From Octopus sinensis (taxonomy: Eukaryota): a DNA stretch of 64,000 bases. The stretch spans positions 87,916,001-87,980,000 of the forward strand of contig NC_042998.1 in the NCBI RefSeq assembly GCF_006345805.1, read 5' to 3'. The notes under the pieces are model-generated. The model was given only the letters and a program-made list of their open reading frames with translations, had not been told where the DNA came from and made no database searches. Made by a program: the position numbers and the translations under genes. Shown here one piece after another: positions 13,420 through 25,652 of the stretch. Position 1 is the stretch's first letter. Every line of letters starts with the position of its first letter.

Positions 13420-13570
13420 AAGGGGAGTCTGTAAGTCGATTATGCTGACCCCAGTGCTCAACTGGTACTTTATTTATCGACCCCGAATATTACGAAAGGC
13501 AAAATCAACCACGGTTGATAGAAATATCGCTAAGTATTTTTCCAGCATGCTAACGATTCTGCTAGCTTGT
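13420..13570 (-). mobile_element. OK-type SINE fragment
   Basis: gtcgattatgctgaccccagtgctcaactggtactttatttatcgacccc matches the reverse complement of 38660-38854. Confidence 0.75.
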
Positions 13571-13975
13571 GTGTATATGTGTGTGTGTAAGTAGATAGGT
13601 AGATAGAGAGAGGTGGGGAGGGATGGCAGAGAGACACCCACCCACACAAACACACGCGCGCGCGCGCACGCATACACACACACAAGCACACACGTTTTTT
13701 CCGGTATTTTCTCATAAGCTTTTATCCTTTGATCTATTCAGCCCTGATTTTGTGCATCAAATTTATTGTATATTATTTTATTTACATTTTTGCATTGCTT
13801 CATTTAGTTATTTAAAAAATGTGTTTTTTTTTTGTATTAAACATCAAATACCAAATGTTCTATAAAACTTTAATTAAACCTGTACACATAGTGTGGTGTG
13901 TGTGTATGTATGTATGTATGTATGTATGTATGTATAGATAGATAGGTAGGTAGATAGATAGATAGATAGATAGAT

Positions 13976-14014
<39 letters not shown>

Positions 14015-14701
14015 CACGTACACGCACATAGATAAGCATATGCAGACATTCGCAAACACTCGAACACACACGCACACACACACACACTCACTCACACAAA
14101 GGCATCGGCCTACATTTGCATACACACGAACAGGCACACTCATACACACACGGACATCTCATCAAAACACACACATATACACCTTCATACAGAAATTAGC
14201 ATACGACACCTACACACTTTAGACACTCCCCTCACAATATAAATATTTATTTACCCTTTTAAATTGTCACTGGTCATTTTAAGACTGATCATAAAGCATT
14301 ATGATCGGAATTTAAACGGGAAAAGATCATAAAGCATTATGATCTTTTCCCGTTTAAATTCCGATTGCAATAGTACATTACTTTCAGTATATTATTTTTT
14401 TCTTGCTTCTCTTCATTCTTTTCCCTTATCGTTGCTATTTATAAAAATATTTTTTACTTTATTAGATTTTTACCGCCCACTAATAATCAGAATTACTCTA
14501 AATTACCAACATCATCCTACATAGGTAAATCTCTACGGTCGTCTTAAATGGTTTCGTCTATGAATATCTACAGAGTCTATATTTTGATCTCTGATCGAAT
14601 AGACTTGATGTCCCAGTAGAGCACATATGCTATATAAATGTCTTTCGCCCTTCATAATTTCATAATATAATATAAAGCCATTTCTATATACATATATATA
14701 C

Positions 14702-14732
<31 letters not shown>

Positions 14733-14805
14733 TGTATGTATGAATGTATTATGTAGGTAGGTATGTGTGTATGTATGTACAGCAAGAGAAAGAGAGAAAT
14801 ACATG

Positions 14806-14861
<56 letters not shown>

Positions 14862-14912
14862 ATCTATATACAATCAACAAACCCCTTTATTTATATATAT
14901 ATATTATATATA

Positions 14913-14957
<45 letters not shown>

Positions 14958-15065
14958 ATATATAATATATATATATAGGGAGAATTCACAAAAAGAAAAA
15001 AGACAAAGACAGGTGGTGTAGACAACAAACTGATGTATTAGTTTAACGCTCGGGAAGTGAGATGT

Positions 15066-15101
15066 CTTTAACGTTTCGAGCATACGCTCTTCCACAGAAA
15101 G
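15066..15101 (-). ncRNA. Hammerhead-like motif, non-canonical core (A6U plus extra A)
   Basis: cttt-CTGTGGA-A-gagc(gtat)gctc-GAAA-cg-T-T-aaag. Stems I and II pair but A6 is U. Part of a repeat (~14980-15130) also found at 43080-43220. Confidence 0.35.
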
Positions 15102-15766
15102 GAACACAGAAAGAAACAACAGTATACATATATTTGAACAATTTAATAAATACACAACGAAAAGAAATATTACAAAAATATAACAAACAGAAAATTCGTT
15201 ACTTATTCCTCATCAGTCAATGTCTAAAAGATCATCACACTTTCGCGCTTTTAATGTTGATATTGTTCACTCTTGGTGGCGCCAGTGGCAAAAAAGTCAC
15301 TGGGAATAGCTAACCAATGTACAGCACAATGACGAAAACAAACACTACGGAATAAAATATATACAACAAAAAAGCTGTGCGGCCGCAAGACAGACTGACA
15401 ATGGGGAAACCCAAACGGAAATGAAAATGTCCTGCAGGACAGAAGACTAGAGAACGGCAGATAGAAAGTCAGAACGTAGGAAGAAGTAAATTATTAGGGA
15501 GAGAAAGAGAGATAGAGAGTGGAAAGAAGGCAAAAAGAAGCAAAGAAAGAGAAAGAGACAAAAATAAATGTCGCATAAAAATTAGTCAAAGAATATTTTA
15601 CAAATGAGTACAAAAATCAGGATGGCATAGCGTTACATAAATATATTTGAAACATTTAACAAAAATACAACAATGAATATGTGTGTGTGAACTATGAATA
15701 TATATATTCACTCACATAAATTCATATATATATATGCATGTGTAATACACCACACAACATACATAT

Positions 15767-15811
<45 letters not shown>

Positions 15812-15852
15812 AAAAAAGTTCCAAATAGAAAATAATTTTATAAAAAACATTT

Positions 15853-15888
15853 CAGTACCGGTTTCAGTCATTGAGACTTTTTCAACTG
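15853..15888 (-). ncRNA. Minimal type I hammerhead ribozyme motif (U3-A8 variant)
   Basis: cag-TTGAAAA-agtc(tcaat)gact-GAAA-ccgg-T-A-ctg. Palindromic stem III (ACCGGT), GUA triplet, short stem I. Confidence 0.6.
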
Positions 15889-16064
15889 TAAGTATGGAAA
15901 ACAATTAAATTTGGGAAAAATTAAAAGAAAAGTTCTTTTAAAAGAATATTTGCATAGTGTTCAAATATAAGTGGCATTTTTCTTGTTTCTGCCTGTCTCT
16001 GTCTTTCTTGTCTTTCTTGTTTACTCTTGTGGGTTCGAGGTCCTTGTGAATTCTTGGTAGGGAA

Positions 16065-16298
16065 AAGAAGAAGAGGAAGAAGAAGAAGATGAAGAAGTAG
16101 AAGAAGAAGAAGAAGAAGAAGAAGAAGAAAAAGAAGAAGAAGAAGGAGAAGAAGAAAAGAAGAAGAAGAAGAAGAAGAAGAAGAAGAAGAAGAAGAAGAA
16201 GAAAAAGAAGAAGAAGAAGAAGAAGAAGAAGAAGAAGAAGAAGAAGAAGAAGAAGAAGAAGAAGAAGAAGAAGAAGAAGAAGAAGAAGAAGAAAAAGA
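16065..16298. repeat. (AAG)n microsatellite
   Basis: Directly visible. Confidence 0.97.
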
Positions 16299-16965
16299 AG
16301 AATGTGGGAGTGCCATGACAGTAGAATGTTGAAAGGTCAGCTGCCCCGAAAATGACCTGCTGTGGATGGTAGTAGTAACTGTTGAATTCCTGGGACATCT
16401 CTTTTGAATGTTTTGTTTATAAAATTTGCGTATGTGTTATTCTAAACAGCAATAGAGGTAAAGTTAGGAAGGAGGAGGAAGAAGACAAAGAAGAAGAAGA
16501 AAGAGAAGGGAGAATAAGAAGGAATGTAGGTTGTATGAAAGTAGTAAGGTGTTAACTGCTCAATTGACTTAAAATTGGCTCGTTATGGATTATAGCAGTG
16601 ATTGGGACTGTTTTTTAATGAATTCTTGGGAATCACTTGCGTGTCTCATTTTTAATATTTGCGTGTGTATTTGTGTTATTCTAAGGCCGTGGTGGATATG
16701 TCGTTTGTTGTAGACGCGTTCAAGAGGGGTCAGTATTTTGTAATAAAGAGAGTATCTTTACCAATTCGTTGGCTCCAGGTTGTATCGTCCCTAAATTGAT
16801 TGAGGGGAAAAATTCTGAAGGTTGGATTGTTGTTATTGGCGCAAATGTCAATGTGTTGGCTGAATGCTATTTTTCTGTTTTGGAGAATTTTGATCTGGGA
16901 TCTGTGCAGAGCCATTCTTTTACGTATACTGTTTTTTTGTTTGGCCTATGTATTGCTCTATATAC

Positions 16966-17054
<89 letters not shown>

Positions 17055-17169
17055 TATATATAGTTCAGTAAAATTTAGATTCAGTTGAATATGGTACTTA
17101 GTTAAAAGCACCAGAATTTAGTATAGTATTATCCATATAATTCAAAGTGGGGTGATTGCTTATATATAG

Positions 17170-17202
<33 letters not shown>

Positions 17203-18609
17203 CTGCACATATTTGCTTATACGTACATGTATCTGCATGTGGGAGGTTGTGCGCGCGTATGTTTATGTGTATATGTAAAATTTTCCATTTAACTGTCGGT
17301 TCCTAGTCGTATGAAGCAACATATTGCTTTGTTAAAAGCATTTTAACACGAAAGCAAAATATAAATAACGAAATAAATGAATAAATAAATATATAAGTAA
17401 ATAAATATCAATGTATACAAGTAATGTTTGAAAACACCGACAGTTGCATGTGGAATTGCTATAAAGTCTGTTGCTAATTTTTTATTGTAGAGTATTTTGT
17501 ACTTAGAAGACGGGTATTGTCTTTATATTTTTTTTATACTTTGATCGTCTTAACAGTATTGAAATGTGATAAGGTCTATTGTCTTTGTCAATTCTGTTTA
17601 CATCAGTTGTATCTCATTGTTCTAACAAGTATTTGCATACATCTGTTGCAGACAAATGTCAGAACATACACCTACACAAAATTGTGCGTATATATATATA
17701 TATATGTGTGTGTGTGTATGTATGTGTGTGTGTACGATTGTGTGTGAGAGAGAGTGTCTGATTCTTTGTTGTGTGAGCGTGTTGTGTGTGCGAGGGAGTG
17801 TCTGATTCTTTGTTGCGTGAGCATGTGGTGTGTGTGTATGTGTGTGCGTGCGCGACTAATGGTTTGGTCTTCATCTTTTATTCTCAACGAGTTCGTTTAT
17901 ATATTCATTCTTTCATATTTAGTTTAGTAATTTGTGAGCAATTGATATCTTCTAGACAAAACATAAATGATATTCACATATTCAGCAGTAGTTTAAAATT
18001 CCAAAATCCATTGAATAATCAGAAATTAAGCTCTAAAATTGAAATATTTTCCTGAATAACTTTTAAAACAAAACAGTGGAAACCGTCGATTAAATATAGA
18101 AAATGTCGAACATCCATTTAAAATGCAGAACAACCTACACTCACACTTGTTATATATGTTTTGTCATTGTTATATATGTTTTGTCATTCATTCTTTATCC
18201 TTATGGCATTATTGGGGATCAGTGTGTAAAGATGTGTGCTACATCTTCCTTAATTCACTGTCTTACTCGTTTTTAATATTGAGAAGTTAGATTTGTTATG
18301 TTTATTTTATTTGTTAAAAAGAGGATAGTTAAATTAAGAATTGCTACAGGAGGAAATTGTGATTTGCTATTTCTTTCTGGTTTGATTGCAAATGTTTTTT
18401 TTCCGATGTAGCTATGGAGATGTTAGTGGAAGCTGATCCTTAGTTTGTGATAGCGTACTTCTATCGGAAAGGGGTGACTAAAATGGAGTCGTTTTATGTA
18501 GTGGATATTTTTCAAAAACAATTTTTTTTCTTTTGGATTATTCTCCTTTACTGAGGTTTGGTTTTAGAGAAAAAGTATGACACAATATGAGAGAAATACA
18601 TATGTATAA

Positions 18610-18818
18610 ACAAAGGGGTGTTAAAAAAGTGCTGGTTTTTGGTTAAAAGAACATACAGGAGGATCAGTTAATTATTCAACATATTCCCTCCTCAGATTAA
18701 AAAAATTATTTCAGCAGTCCTTCTAAGCCCTGTAAAAGAACTCTGAAGTTTGAGCCGCCAATCAGACCTTTCGCAAAACCCCTAAAGCCAGGAAACTTCA
18801 GTACCCCACCCCTCATAT
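18610..18818. mobile_element. Degenerate mariner-type MITE
   Basis: Imperfect inverted ends (aggggtgttaaaaaagtgctggttt / aaagccaggaaacttcagtaccccacccctca). Confidence 0.4.
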
Positions 18819-18867
18819 GAGAGTAGATGACACGATAAATTTAAATAAAGTTTCACCAAACTATTTC

Positions 18868-18919
<52 letters not shown>

Positions 18920-18924
18920 TTTTA

Positions 18925-19310
18925 TTTTTAAATACATTCAGTCATTTGACTGCGGCCATGCTGGAGCACCGCCTTTTAGTCGAACAAATCAACCCCAGGA
19001 CTTATTCTTTGTGAGCCTAGTATTTATTCTATCGGTTTCTTTTGTCGAACCGCTAAGTTACGGGGACATAAACACACCAACATCGGTTGTCAAGCACAGA
19101 CACCAAAATACATACATACACACATCACATACACACAGACAGACGTATATATATATGTGTGTGTGTATACGACGGGCTTCTTTCAGTTACCCTCTACCAA
19201 ATCAACTCACAAGGCTTTGGTCGGCCCGAGGCTATAGCAGAAGACACTTGCCCAAGTTGCCACACAATAGGACTAAACCTAAAGCCATGTAGTTGGGAAG
19301 CAAGCTTCTT
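18925..19310 (-). mobile_element. OR/CORE-type SINE body, interrupted by the 2.2-kb insertion; its 5' end continues at 21508-21531
   Basis: Continuous reverse-complement SINE sequence up to ...gggaagCAAGCTTCTT; the expected next bases (accacacagtcact) follow the second CAAGCTTCTT at 21508-21517. Confidence 0.9.
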
Positions 19311-19586
19311 TATTTCATTATATTGGTCACAAAAGCCTTACATAGAGAAAGGAAGCTGCGGGCTTGACACAGACATAATGGTATATGAAATGGAAAATGA
19401 AAAGGATGATTAATGGGGGGAAAAGCGGCGCCCACCGATCGTTCTTTCCCGAGAACATTGATCTCTTATATTATTCGTGAGGCAGCAAACCTCTTACATT
19501 GTTCACAATATTCAATAACAAAATGAGGCACTAAGCCTCTTACCTTTTTTCCAAACTAGTAACTTTCAATGAGGCTTTTCAACCTC

Positions 19587-20797
19587 TTATCCATATTCCT
19601 CCCCAGCTTCGCTTGTGACCTCATCCTCCGCATTCACCCACGCCTCATTCAAGCACAAAGCGAGTGACGTGACGGCGTCGCACGGCCACAAGAGATATTC
19701 CTCATTGAGTCCTTCAGCCTACGCAACACGGGCAACGTTATGACCTCCACAGCTATCTGCGGAGGCCATTCGGGATTCCGTGTGCAGGCTAAAGGTACTT
19801 TTCAAACACCTTCTCCACCTCCTCGCCTCTGTAGAAGAAGACCAATAATTCGTCTTCCTCCGAGGACGAAGTAGTCATTTCTAACGTCGGCGGCACAATT
19901 CCCCCAACGGTGTCTCTTCCCCTACCGGTGGCACAACCCCCACCGATGAGATTTCGGAATATTCTTCTACTATGTCACCAACTGAAGGCAATGTCCCACT
20001 TCTCTTCCTTTTCCTCTTTTCTTTCTTCTCATCTGAGAGAGGGTGCGTCTCGTCCGTGACCGGGAGATTCGCCTCCCCTCTCTCATCCCTAGGATCCTTC
20101 GGTGAGCACCCATTGTTGCTCACCTTCTTCCTCTTGCGGCCCTTCTTTGAGGAGGAGTCCTCCTCCTCGGCTGACTCCGTTCCCTCTTCTGCAGAGGTCT
20201 CAACCAACTGCTCTAGGACCTTACTTTGTTCCTGGGAACAGTTTTTCTTTATATGGCCATGCACCAGGCACCGATGACACTTGGGGAGGGGCGACACTCA
20301 AGAATCATCGGGTTCCTGCACTCGGCCATTTTCAAAACATCTGGAAATATCAGATTTTTGACTGTTTGGGTCCACAAGGTCAAAACCGCTTTTGACCCCA
20401 CCCAATCAGCCGAAGGTAAAATTTTTACATTGAGGAGCTTCGCTCCACTGCCACCCAAATCCCGGTGGATAGTGTCCTCTATCCACTCAGGTTCTATTCT
20501 GGGTGGCAAACCACAGACCCAAGCCCTCGTCAACTTCCTCTCACAATATGTGGGAAGAAACAAAATTTGCGAGCCTCATCAGGGGTGTCAAATAGCAACC
20601 ACACCATTGCATATTTGACACCCCTGGAGATGAATTTAATAGTTGGCAGATACTCTGCCAACTCCCTTTCGACAACATTCTTTTGAAATAGGGTGATGGT
20701 GTCGAGCGACAGTCTTTCAGTGGTCTTCACAGTCTTTCAACCGCTGTTTGGGTGGGACAATTTCCCACTCCAAAACGTTGTCCCTGTTCTTTGCCAT
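19587..20797 (-). pseudogene. Frameshifted gag-like ORF1 (~400 codons) with CCHC zinc knuckle
   Basis: ATG at 20797 (MAKNRDNVLEWEIVPP). Segments ...ERELAEYLPTIKFISRG..., ...TRAWVCGLPPRIEPEW... and the CX2CX4HX4C motif CHRCLVHGHIKKNC at ~20238-20279, then an acidic/basic tail. Several frameshifts, mostly at homopolymers. Confidence 0.85.
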
Positions 20798-21109
20798 GTC
20801 TTTTTAAAATAAAAAGTCCAAAAAAGTTCAGATAAAAATTCAAAAAATGAAGGAAGAAAAGAAAGAAATCGAAAGAAAGTCACAACAAATAGGAAGGAAG
20901 AAAAAGGAAAATAGTTCAATAAAAGAAAGTCACAAAAAAGATTGAAGAAGGAAAGAAAACAGTCTACAGTTAAAAAAAAATGAGCAAGCAAAAAATATTC
21001 TGGCCACTCGGTAATCCAGGCCTATTTGGTAATCCGACTTGAATCCGGAAAGCCACAACTTGGAACACAGCTTTCACAATAATTGGTAAAAGAAGTTGTG
21101 TCTTCGGTG

Positions 21110-21294
21110 AATTCTCACAATTTTTGAAAAAAACTATTCACTAAAAGTGAACAAATTTTTGGAAGTGACATACACCCCAAAACAATTCTCATAATTAAGC
21201 GAGAAAAACTATTTACTTAAACTGAACGAATTTTTGGAAGCGAGATACGCTCCCAAACAACAATTCTCACAATTAAGTGAGAAAAACTATTCAC
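21110..21294 (-). repeat. ~75-bp tandem monomers (about 2.5 copies) in the element 5'UTR
   Basis: aattctca(c/t)aatt...aaaactatt(c/t)act recurs at 21110, 21184 and 21262. Confidence 0.85.
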
Positions 21295-22399
21295 TCTACT
21301 GTAGGCAGACCAGAGTCCAGAAAACAGTGAGGACTTCTTGTTTGTAAAAAAATAATTACGGCAAACAACAAACCCCCACTGGACCCAAAAAACAAAAGTA
21401 TTACCTTACAGTTGAGCATTTTAATCACTATTTCACCAGCTTCAAACCTGCGTGGTGACTTCTGTTCAGTAGTACGAACAACACTGACAACACGCATGCG
21501 CAGGAAACAAGCTTCTTACCACACAGTCACTTATATATATATATATCATATTATATCATATCATATAAACTAGATATCCCAAATATATATATATATATAT
21601 ACGGTGAATAGTTATAAAAAGTCAGTGCTTAATAAAATAATCTACAGAGAGAGTTTAATTTTTTTATGAACCCTGTTTTCAAACTGTTTTGGTGTAGGCA
21701 CTGTTGACAGCTAAAAGCAATGATATCGTACACAAGGATAATTTCGTTCGGTATTTGTACGCATTTTCAATGCTTGCCTTAGTTCATCGACTGATGCTGG
21801 TGTAGTACTGTTAAAAAAAAGTTAAGTACTAGGAATTCTTGTGAAGACGATGGGTATTCTACTGAACCTCTTCGTCCAATTCTCCTGTTTCGCAAAGTCT
21901 TATTAAGGTAGGCCCTTACATTATTATATTAGTGTACAGGCGTTCTATGATGCTGGAAATAAAACTCAACACCTTGAAAGTCCTCTTGAATATTCGGCAT
22001 TCAAGCAAACGGGACCAGTCAGAATGTCATAAGAAAAGAATGGCCAAATTAATCCGTTTAACAATAAGCCGCATTATAGTTTTGTTTCTTTGTTGTATGC
22101 AGAATCTCGGGCCCTACGAGATTCAGTTGCAGTGGTTGATCGAGCGATTTAATTTAAATTTTGTCTCATTACTCAACATGCAAAAATTTCTAAATTAACC
22201 GAAATTTGCCTATCAGCTAAGGAAAGAAACCCAAACCCTAGGAACAAGTGTTGGCAACTCACCAATATAAAAGGAGACAATGCAAGAAATTAATAATTAA
22301 TTTCATAAGGTTAAGTTAGTCAGTACTTAAACATTCAACGTTAGAGTATTGTGAATTTGCAAATTTTATGTTTGTAACTGAAGGTGAATAGGTCTCTGG

Positions 22400-23187
22400 T
22401 CATTTGGAGTGTATTCGAAGACCCAGAGACCTGGGTGTAATTGTTGATGACGATCTCAGTTGGAGTGCACACATTAACAAGAAGGTCGATATAGCTCGTA
22501 GGATGAGTTCCTGGATCTTAAGAACTTTCCGGTTCAGAGAACAAGGTGTCATCATACCACTTTTCTCCTCCTTTGTACGACCACACCTTGAATACTGCTG
22601 CTAAATGTGGTCTCCCCATACAAGACAAAACATCTCCAGGATTGAGTCACCCCAGAGGGCACTCACTAAACGAATTGAAGGCATGGCTGCTCTCGATTAT
22701 TGGGATCGCCTTAAAGCCTTGAAACTTTACTCCCTCCAGCGTCGCCGTGAGCGGTACATCATTTGTACGGTGTGGAGAATATACCGCCAACTTTGCCCAA
22801 ACGACCTTAACATTAGCTTCAAGGTTCATCCAAGACTGGGACCACGGGCCATACGTCCCCTGCCCAATTCAAGATCACAACATATATGTACACTGCAACA
22901 TAATTTCTTTTCCTCAACAGGCCCTGCCCTATTTAACATTGTCCCGAGGGAGATCAAGGAGGAAAAGGATCCCATCAACTTTAAACGGAGTCTGGATAGA
23001 TTCCTTCAAAGAATACCAGATAAGCCACCCATAATTGGATGCAACTCACCCAACAAGAACTCACTACTTGAACAAAACTTGACTTAAACAGGATTCGAAT
23101 AATCCTATCAGGTGGTGCTATTAAGTTAGACATGGCCTGGACCAATCTTTGGTCGAAACATATCTAAGTTATCTAAGTTATCTAAGT
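22400..23187 (+). mobile_element. 5'-truncated CR1/L2-type LINE 3' end
   Basis: RDLGVIVDDDLSWSAHI...FVRPHLEYCC*MWSPH...LYSLQRRRERY...FKRSLDRFLQRIPD. 3' stem-loop gacc(aatcttt)ggtc and a (TATCTAAGT)x3 tail. Confidence 0.93.
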
Positions 23188-23401
23188 AGCTGATGAATAA
23201 CATTTTAAACATTTATGTGCTCATGTTATGTAATAATTGTAATGATTGTTTATATACAGGAATAATGCAGAAACGGCCTCATGTACTTTCGCTTCTTCTT
23301 TAAAAAGTACAATATACTGGACGATGATAAATCATGTTGAGTTTAAGATTTTTAAATTACTAATATGAGCCTTCCTAAATTTAATTCGTGAAGTTTCAAT
23401 T

Positions 23402-23435
<34 letters not shown>

Positions 23436-23572
23436 GAGGGCATTATACATACATGCCAGAAGGCATTATACATACATGCCAAACGCTAAGAGGGACAATT
23501 AGTCATTTCTACCAAAAATATTACTAATCCCACCGAATGCAATTTTTCAAAGTAAGACATTTAAAAAAATAT

Positions 23573-23620
23573 AGACCTGTATCACAGTGATTTCATACTT
23601 ACGTACTCATCAGCAGGCCT
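23573..23620 (-). ncRNA. Type I hammerhead ribozyme motif, family 1 (inverted arm)
   Basis: Reverse complement of 24490-24537. Confidence 0.85.
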
Positions 23621-24012
23621 GAATGTATTATAAATAAACAACGACCCCGCCCCGCTTAAGCCGATCAGCTAACTGCTCGACATCAACGAAGCACATGGGT
23701 GAGTTTACACATATTACATCCGGATAAATGGCAAACTTTTACGAATTGCATTTCGGGAGAGGAAAAGTTTTTTCGGAATAAAAATTTAGCAATTAAGGAC
23801 AACTACTTAATAAGGAAAACTTATTAAGTAGTTGTCCTTAATTGCTAAATTTTTATTCCGAAAAAACTTTTCCTCTCCCGAAATGCAATTCGTAAAAGTT
23901 TGCCATTTATCCGGATGTAATATATGTAAACTCACCATGTGCTTCGTTGATGTCGAGCAGTTAGCTGATCGGCTTAAGCGGGGCGGGGTCGTTGTTTATT
24001 TATAATACATTC

Positions 24013-24059
24013 AGCCTGCTGATGAGTACGTAAGTATGAAATCACTGTGATACAGGTCT
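24013..24059 (+). ncRNA. Type I hammerhead ribozyme motif, family 1 (tandem copy 1)
   Basis: As 24490-24537 but one G shorter in stem I. Predicted cleavage after 24052. Confidence 0.82.
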
Positions 24060-24489
24060 ATATTTTTTTAAATGTCTTACTTTGAAAAATTGCATTCGGT
24101 GGGATTAGTAATATTTTTGGTAGAAATGACTAATTGTCCCTCTTAGCGTTTGGCATGTATGTATAATGCCTTCTGGCATGTATGTATAATGCCCTCTATA
24201 TATAAATTAATATGTTCAATAAGAAATAATTATTTTCGAAATTTTTTCTCTTATGAGGTTTTTACGCTATCTACCTGACAATTTCTTGTTAAGGTTTCCT
24301 TAAGTAGTTGTCCTTAATTGCTAAATTTTTATTCCGAAAAAGCTTTTCCTCTCCCGAAATGCAGTTCGTAAAAGTTTGCCATTTATCCGGATGTAATATA
24401 TGTAAACTCACCCATGTGCTTCGTTGATGTCGAGCAGTTAGCTGATCGGCTTAAGCGGGGCGGGGTCGTTGTTTATTTATAATACATTC

Positions 24490-24537
24490 AGGCCTGCTGA
24501 TGAGTACGTAAGTATGAAATCACTGTGATACAGGTCT
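24490..24537 (+). ncRNA. Type I hammerhead ribozyme motif, family 1 (tandem copy 2)
   Basis: aggcctg-CTGATGA-gtac(GTAA)gtat-GAAA-tcac(t)gtga-T-A-caggtct. 7-bp stem I with one GU, GNRA-capped stem II, palindromic stem III, AUA triplet. Predicted cleavage after 24530. Confidence 0.87.
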
Positions 24538-24810
24538 ATTTTTTTAAATGTCTTACTTTGAAAAATTGCATTCGGTGGGATTAGTAATATTTTTGGTAGA
24601 AATGACTAATTGTCCCTCTTAGCGTTTGGCATGTATGTATACTGCCTTCTGGCATGTATGTATAATGCCCTCTATATATAAATTAATATGTTCAATAAGA
24701 ATAATTATTTTCGAAATTTTTTCTCTTATGAGGTTTTTACGCTATCTACCTGACAATTTCCTGTTAAGTTTTCCTTATTAAGTAGTTGTCCTTAATTGCT
24801 AAATATATAT

Positions 24811-24900
<90 letters not shown>

Positions 24901-24922
24901 GTATATATGTATGTATGTATAT

Positions 24923-24959
<37 letters not shown>

Positions 24960-25081
24960 CAACAATCAAGGAACGGCCATAATAGGCCATTCACCCACTA
25001 GAAATAACAGCCAAAGCTTCAACCGCAAATAAAAATCAATTCCGTAAACCAGGAGAAAATTTAAAAAACATTTACCCTGTA

Positions 25082-25188
25082 ATTTCTTATACGATGCACC
25101 GTTTCATCTACTGTTTAATGGTAAACTAACCTGATTAAATTAAATCAAGCCAATCTTCCATAGGCCCTCAGATTCGTCAGTAAGAAAT
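25082..25188 (-). ncRNA. Type I hammerhead motif with a large loop-2 insert, family 2 (inverted arm)
   Basis: Reverse complement of 25546-25652. Confidence 0.75.
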
Positions 25189-25545
25189 AGCCAAGTCGGA
25201 ACAGATATTTTCACGAGGCATTTCCGACCCTGCCAAGGCAATATCTGACCTAAAATTTTCAAATCATCGCACTCGCGCCAAATTTATCGGCAGCAAATAA
25301 ATATAAGCCGTCGATTCCATTACGGAATTAACCAGAAAATTCATAATTAATCAATATAGGGTGGCAAAAAATTTTGTAGAATTTTTTTGCCACCAGCGGC
25401 CTAGTGGGAAAAAATTAAATAGACGGCTTATATTTATTTGCTGCCGATAAATTTGGCGCGAGTGCGATGATTTGAAAATTTTAGGTCAGATATTGCCTTG
25501 GCAGGGTCGGAAATGCCTCGTGAAAATATCTGTTCCGACTTGGCT

Positions 25546-25652
25546 ATTTCTTACTGACGAATCTGAGGGCCTATGGAAGATTGGCTTGATTTAATTTAAT
25601 CAGGTTAGTTTACCATTAAACAGTAGATGAAACGGTGCATCGTATAAGAAAT
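25546..25652 (+). ncRNA. Type I hammerhead motif with a large loop-2 insert, family 2
   Basis: atttctta-CTGACGA-atct[60 nt]agat-GAAA-cgg(tgca)tcg-T-A-taagaaat. Perfect 8-bp stem I, GUA triplet. Predicted cleavage after 25644. Confidence 0.78.

Larger units (their letters stand above)
19311..21507 (-). mobile_element. ORF1-only L1/Tx1-like non-LTR retroelement with a 10-bp TSD
   Basis: Flanked by CAAGCTTCTT at 19301-19310 and 21508-21517. Contains a long 5'UTR with tandem monomers, a gag-like ORF1, only a few codons resembling an APE start (LNIVNNVRGL at ~19487-19516) and an A-rich 3' end. Confidence 0.85.
23426..24804. mobile_element. HHR-bearing ~477-bp tandem repeat with an upstream inverted copy (Penelope pLTR/retrozyme-like, family 1)
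   Basis: Inverted arm 23426-~23820 is the reverse complement of ~23820-24206. The unit marker taagtagttgtcc recurs at 23825, 24301 and 24779. Both ends abut (TA)n. Confidence 0.9.

Noticed and set aside
23139-23165. Hammerhead at gacc(aatcttt)ggtc-GAAA
   Set aside because: No CUGANGA-type core upstream. Better explained as the 3' stem-loop of the CR1-like LINE.
23426-24804. CRISPR array or satellite DNA
   Set aside because: No short repeat-spacer periodicity. The units are ~477 bp, few in number and each carries an HHR.
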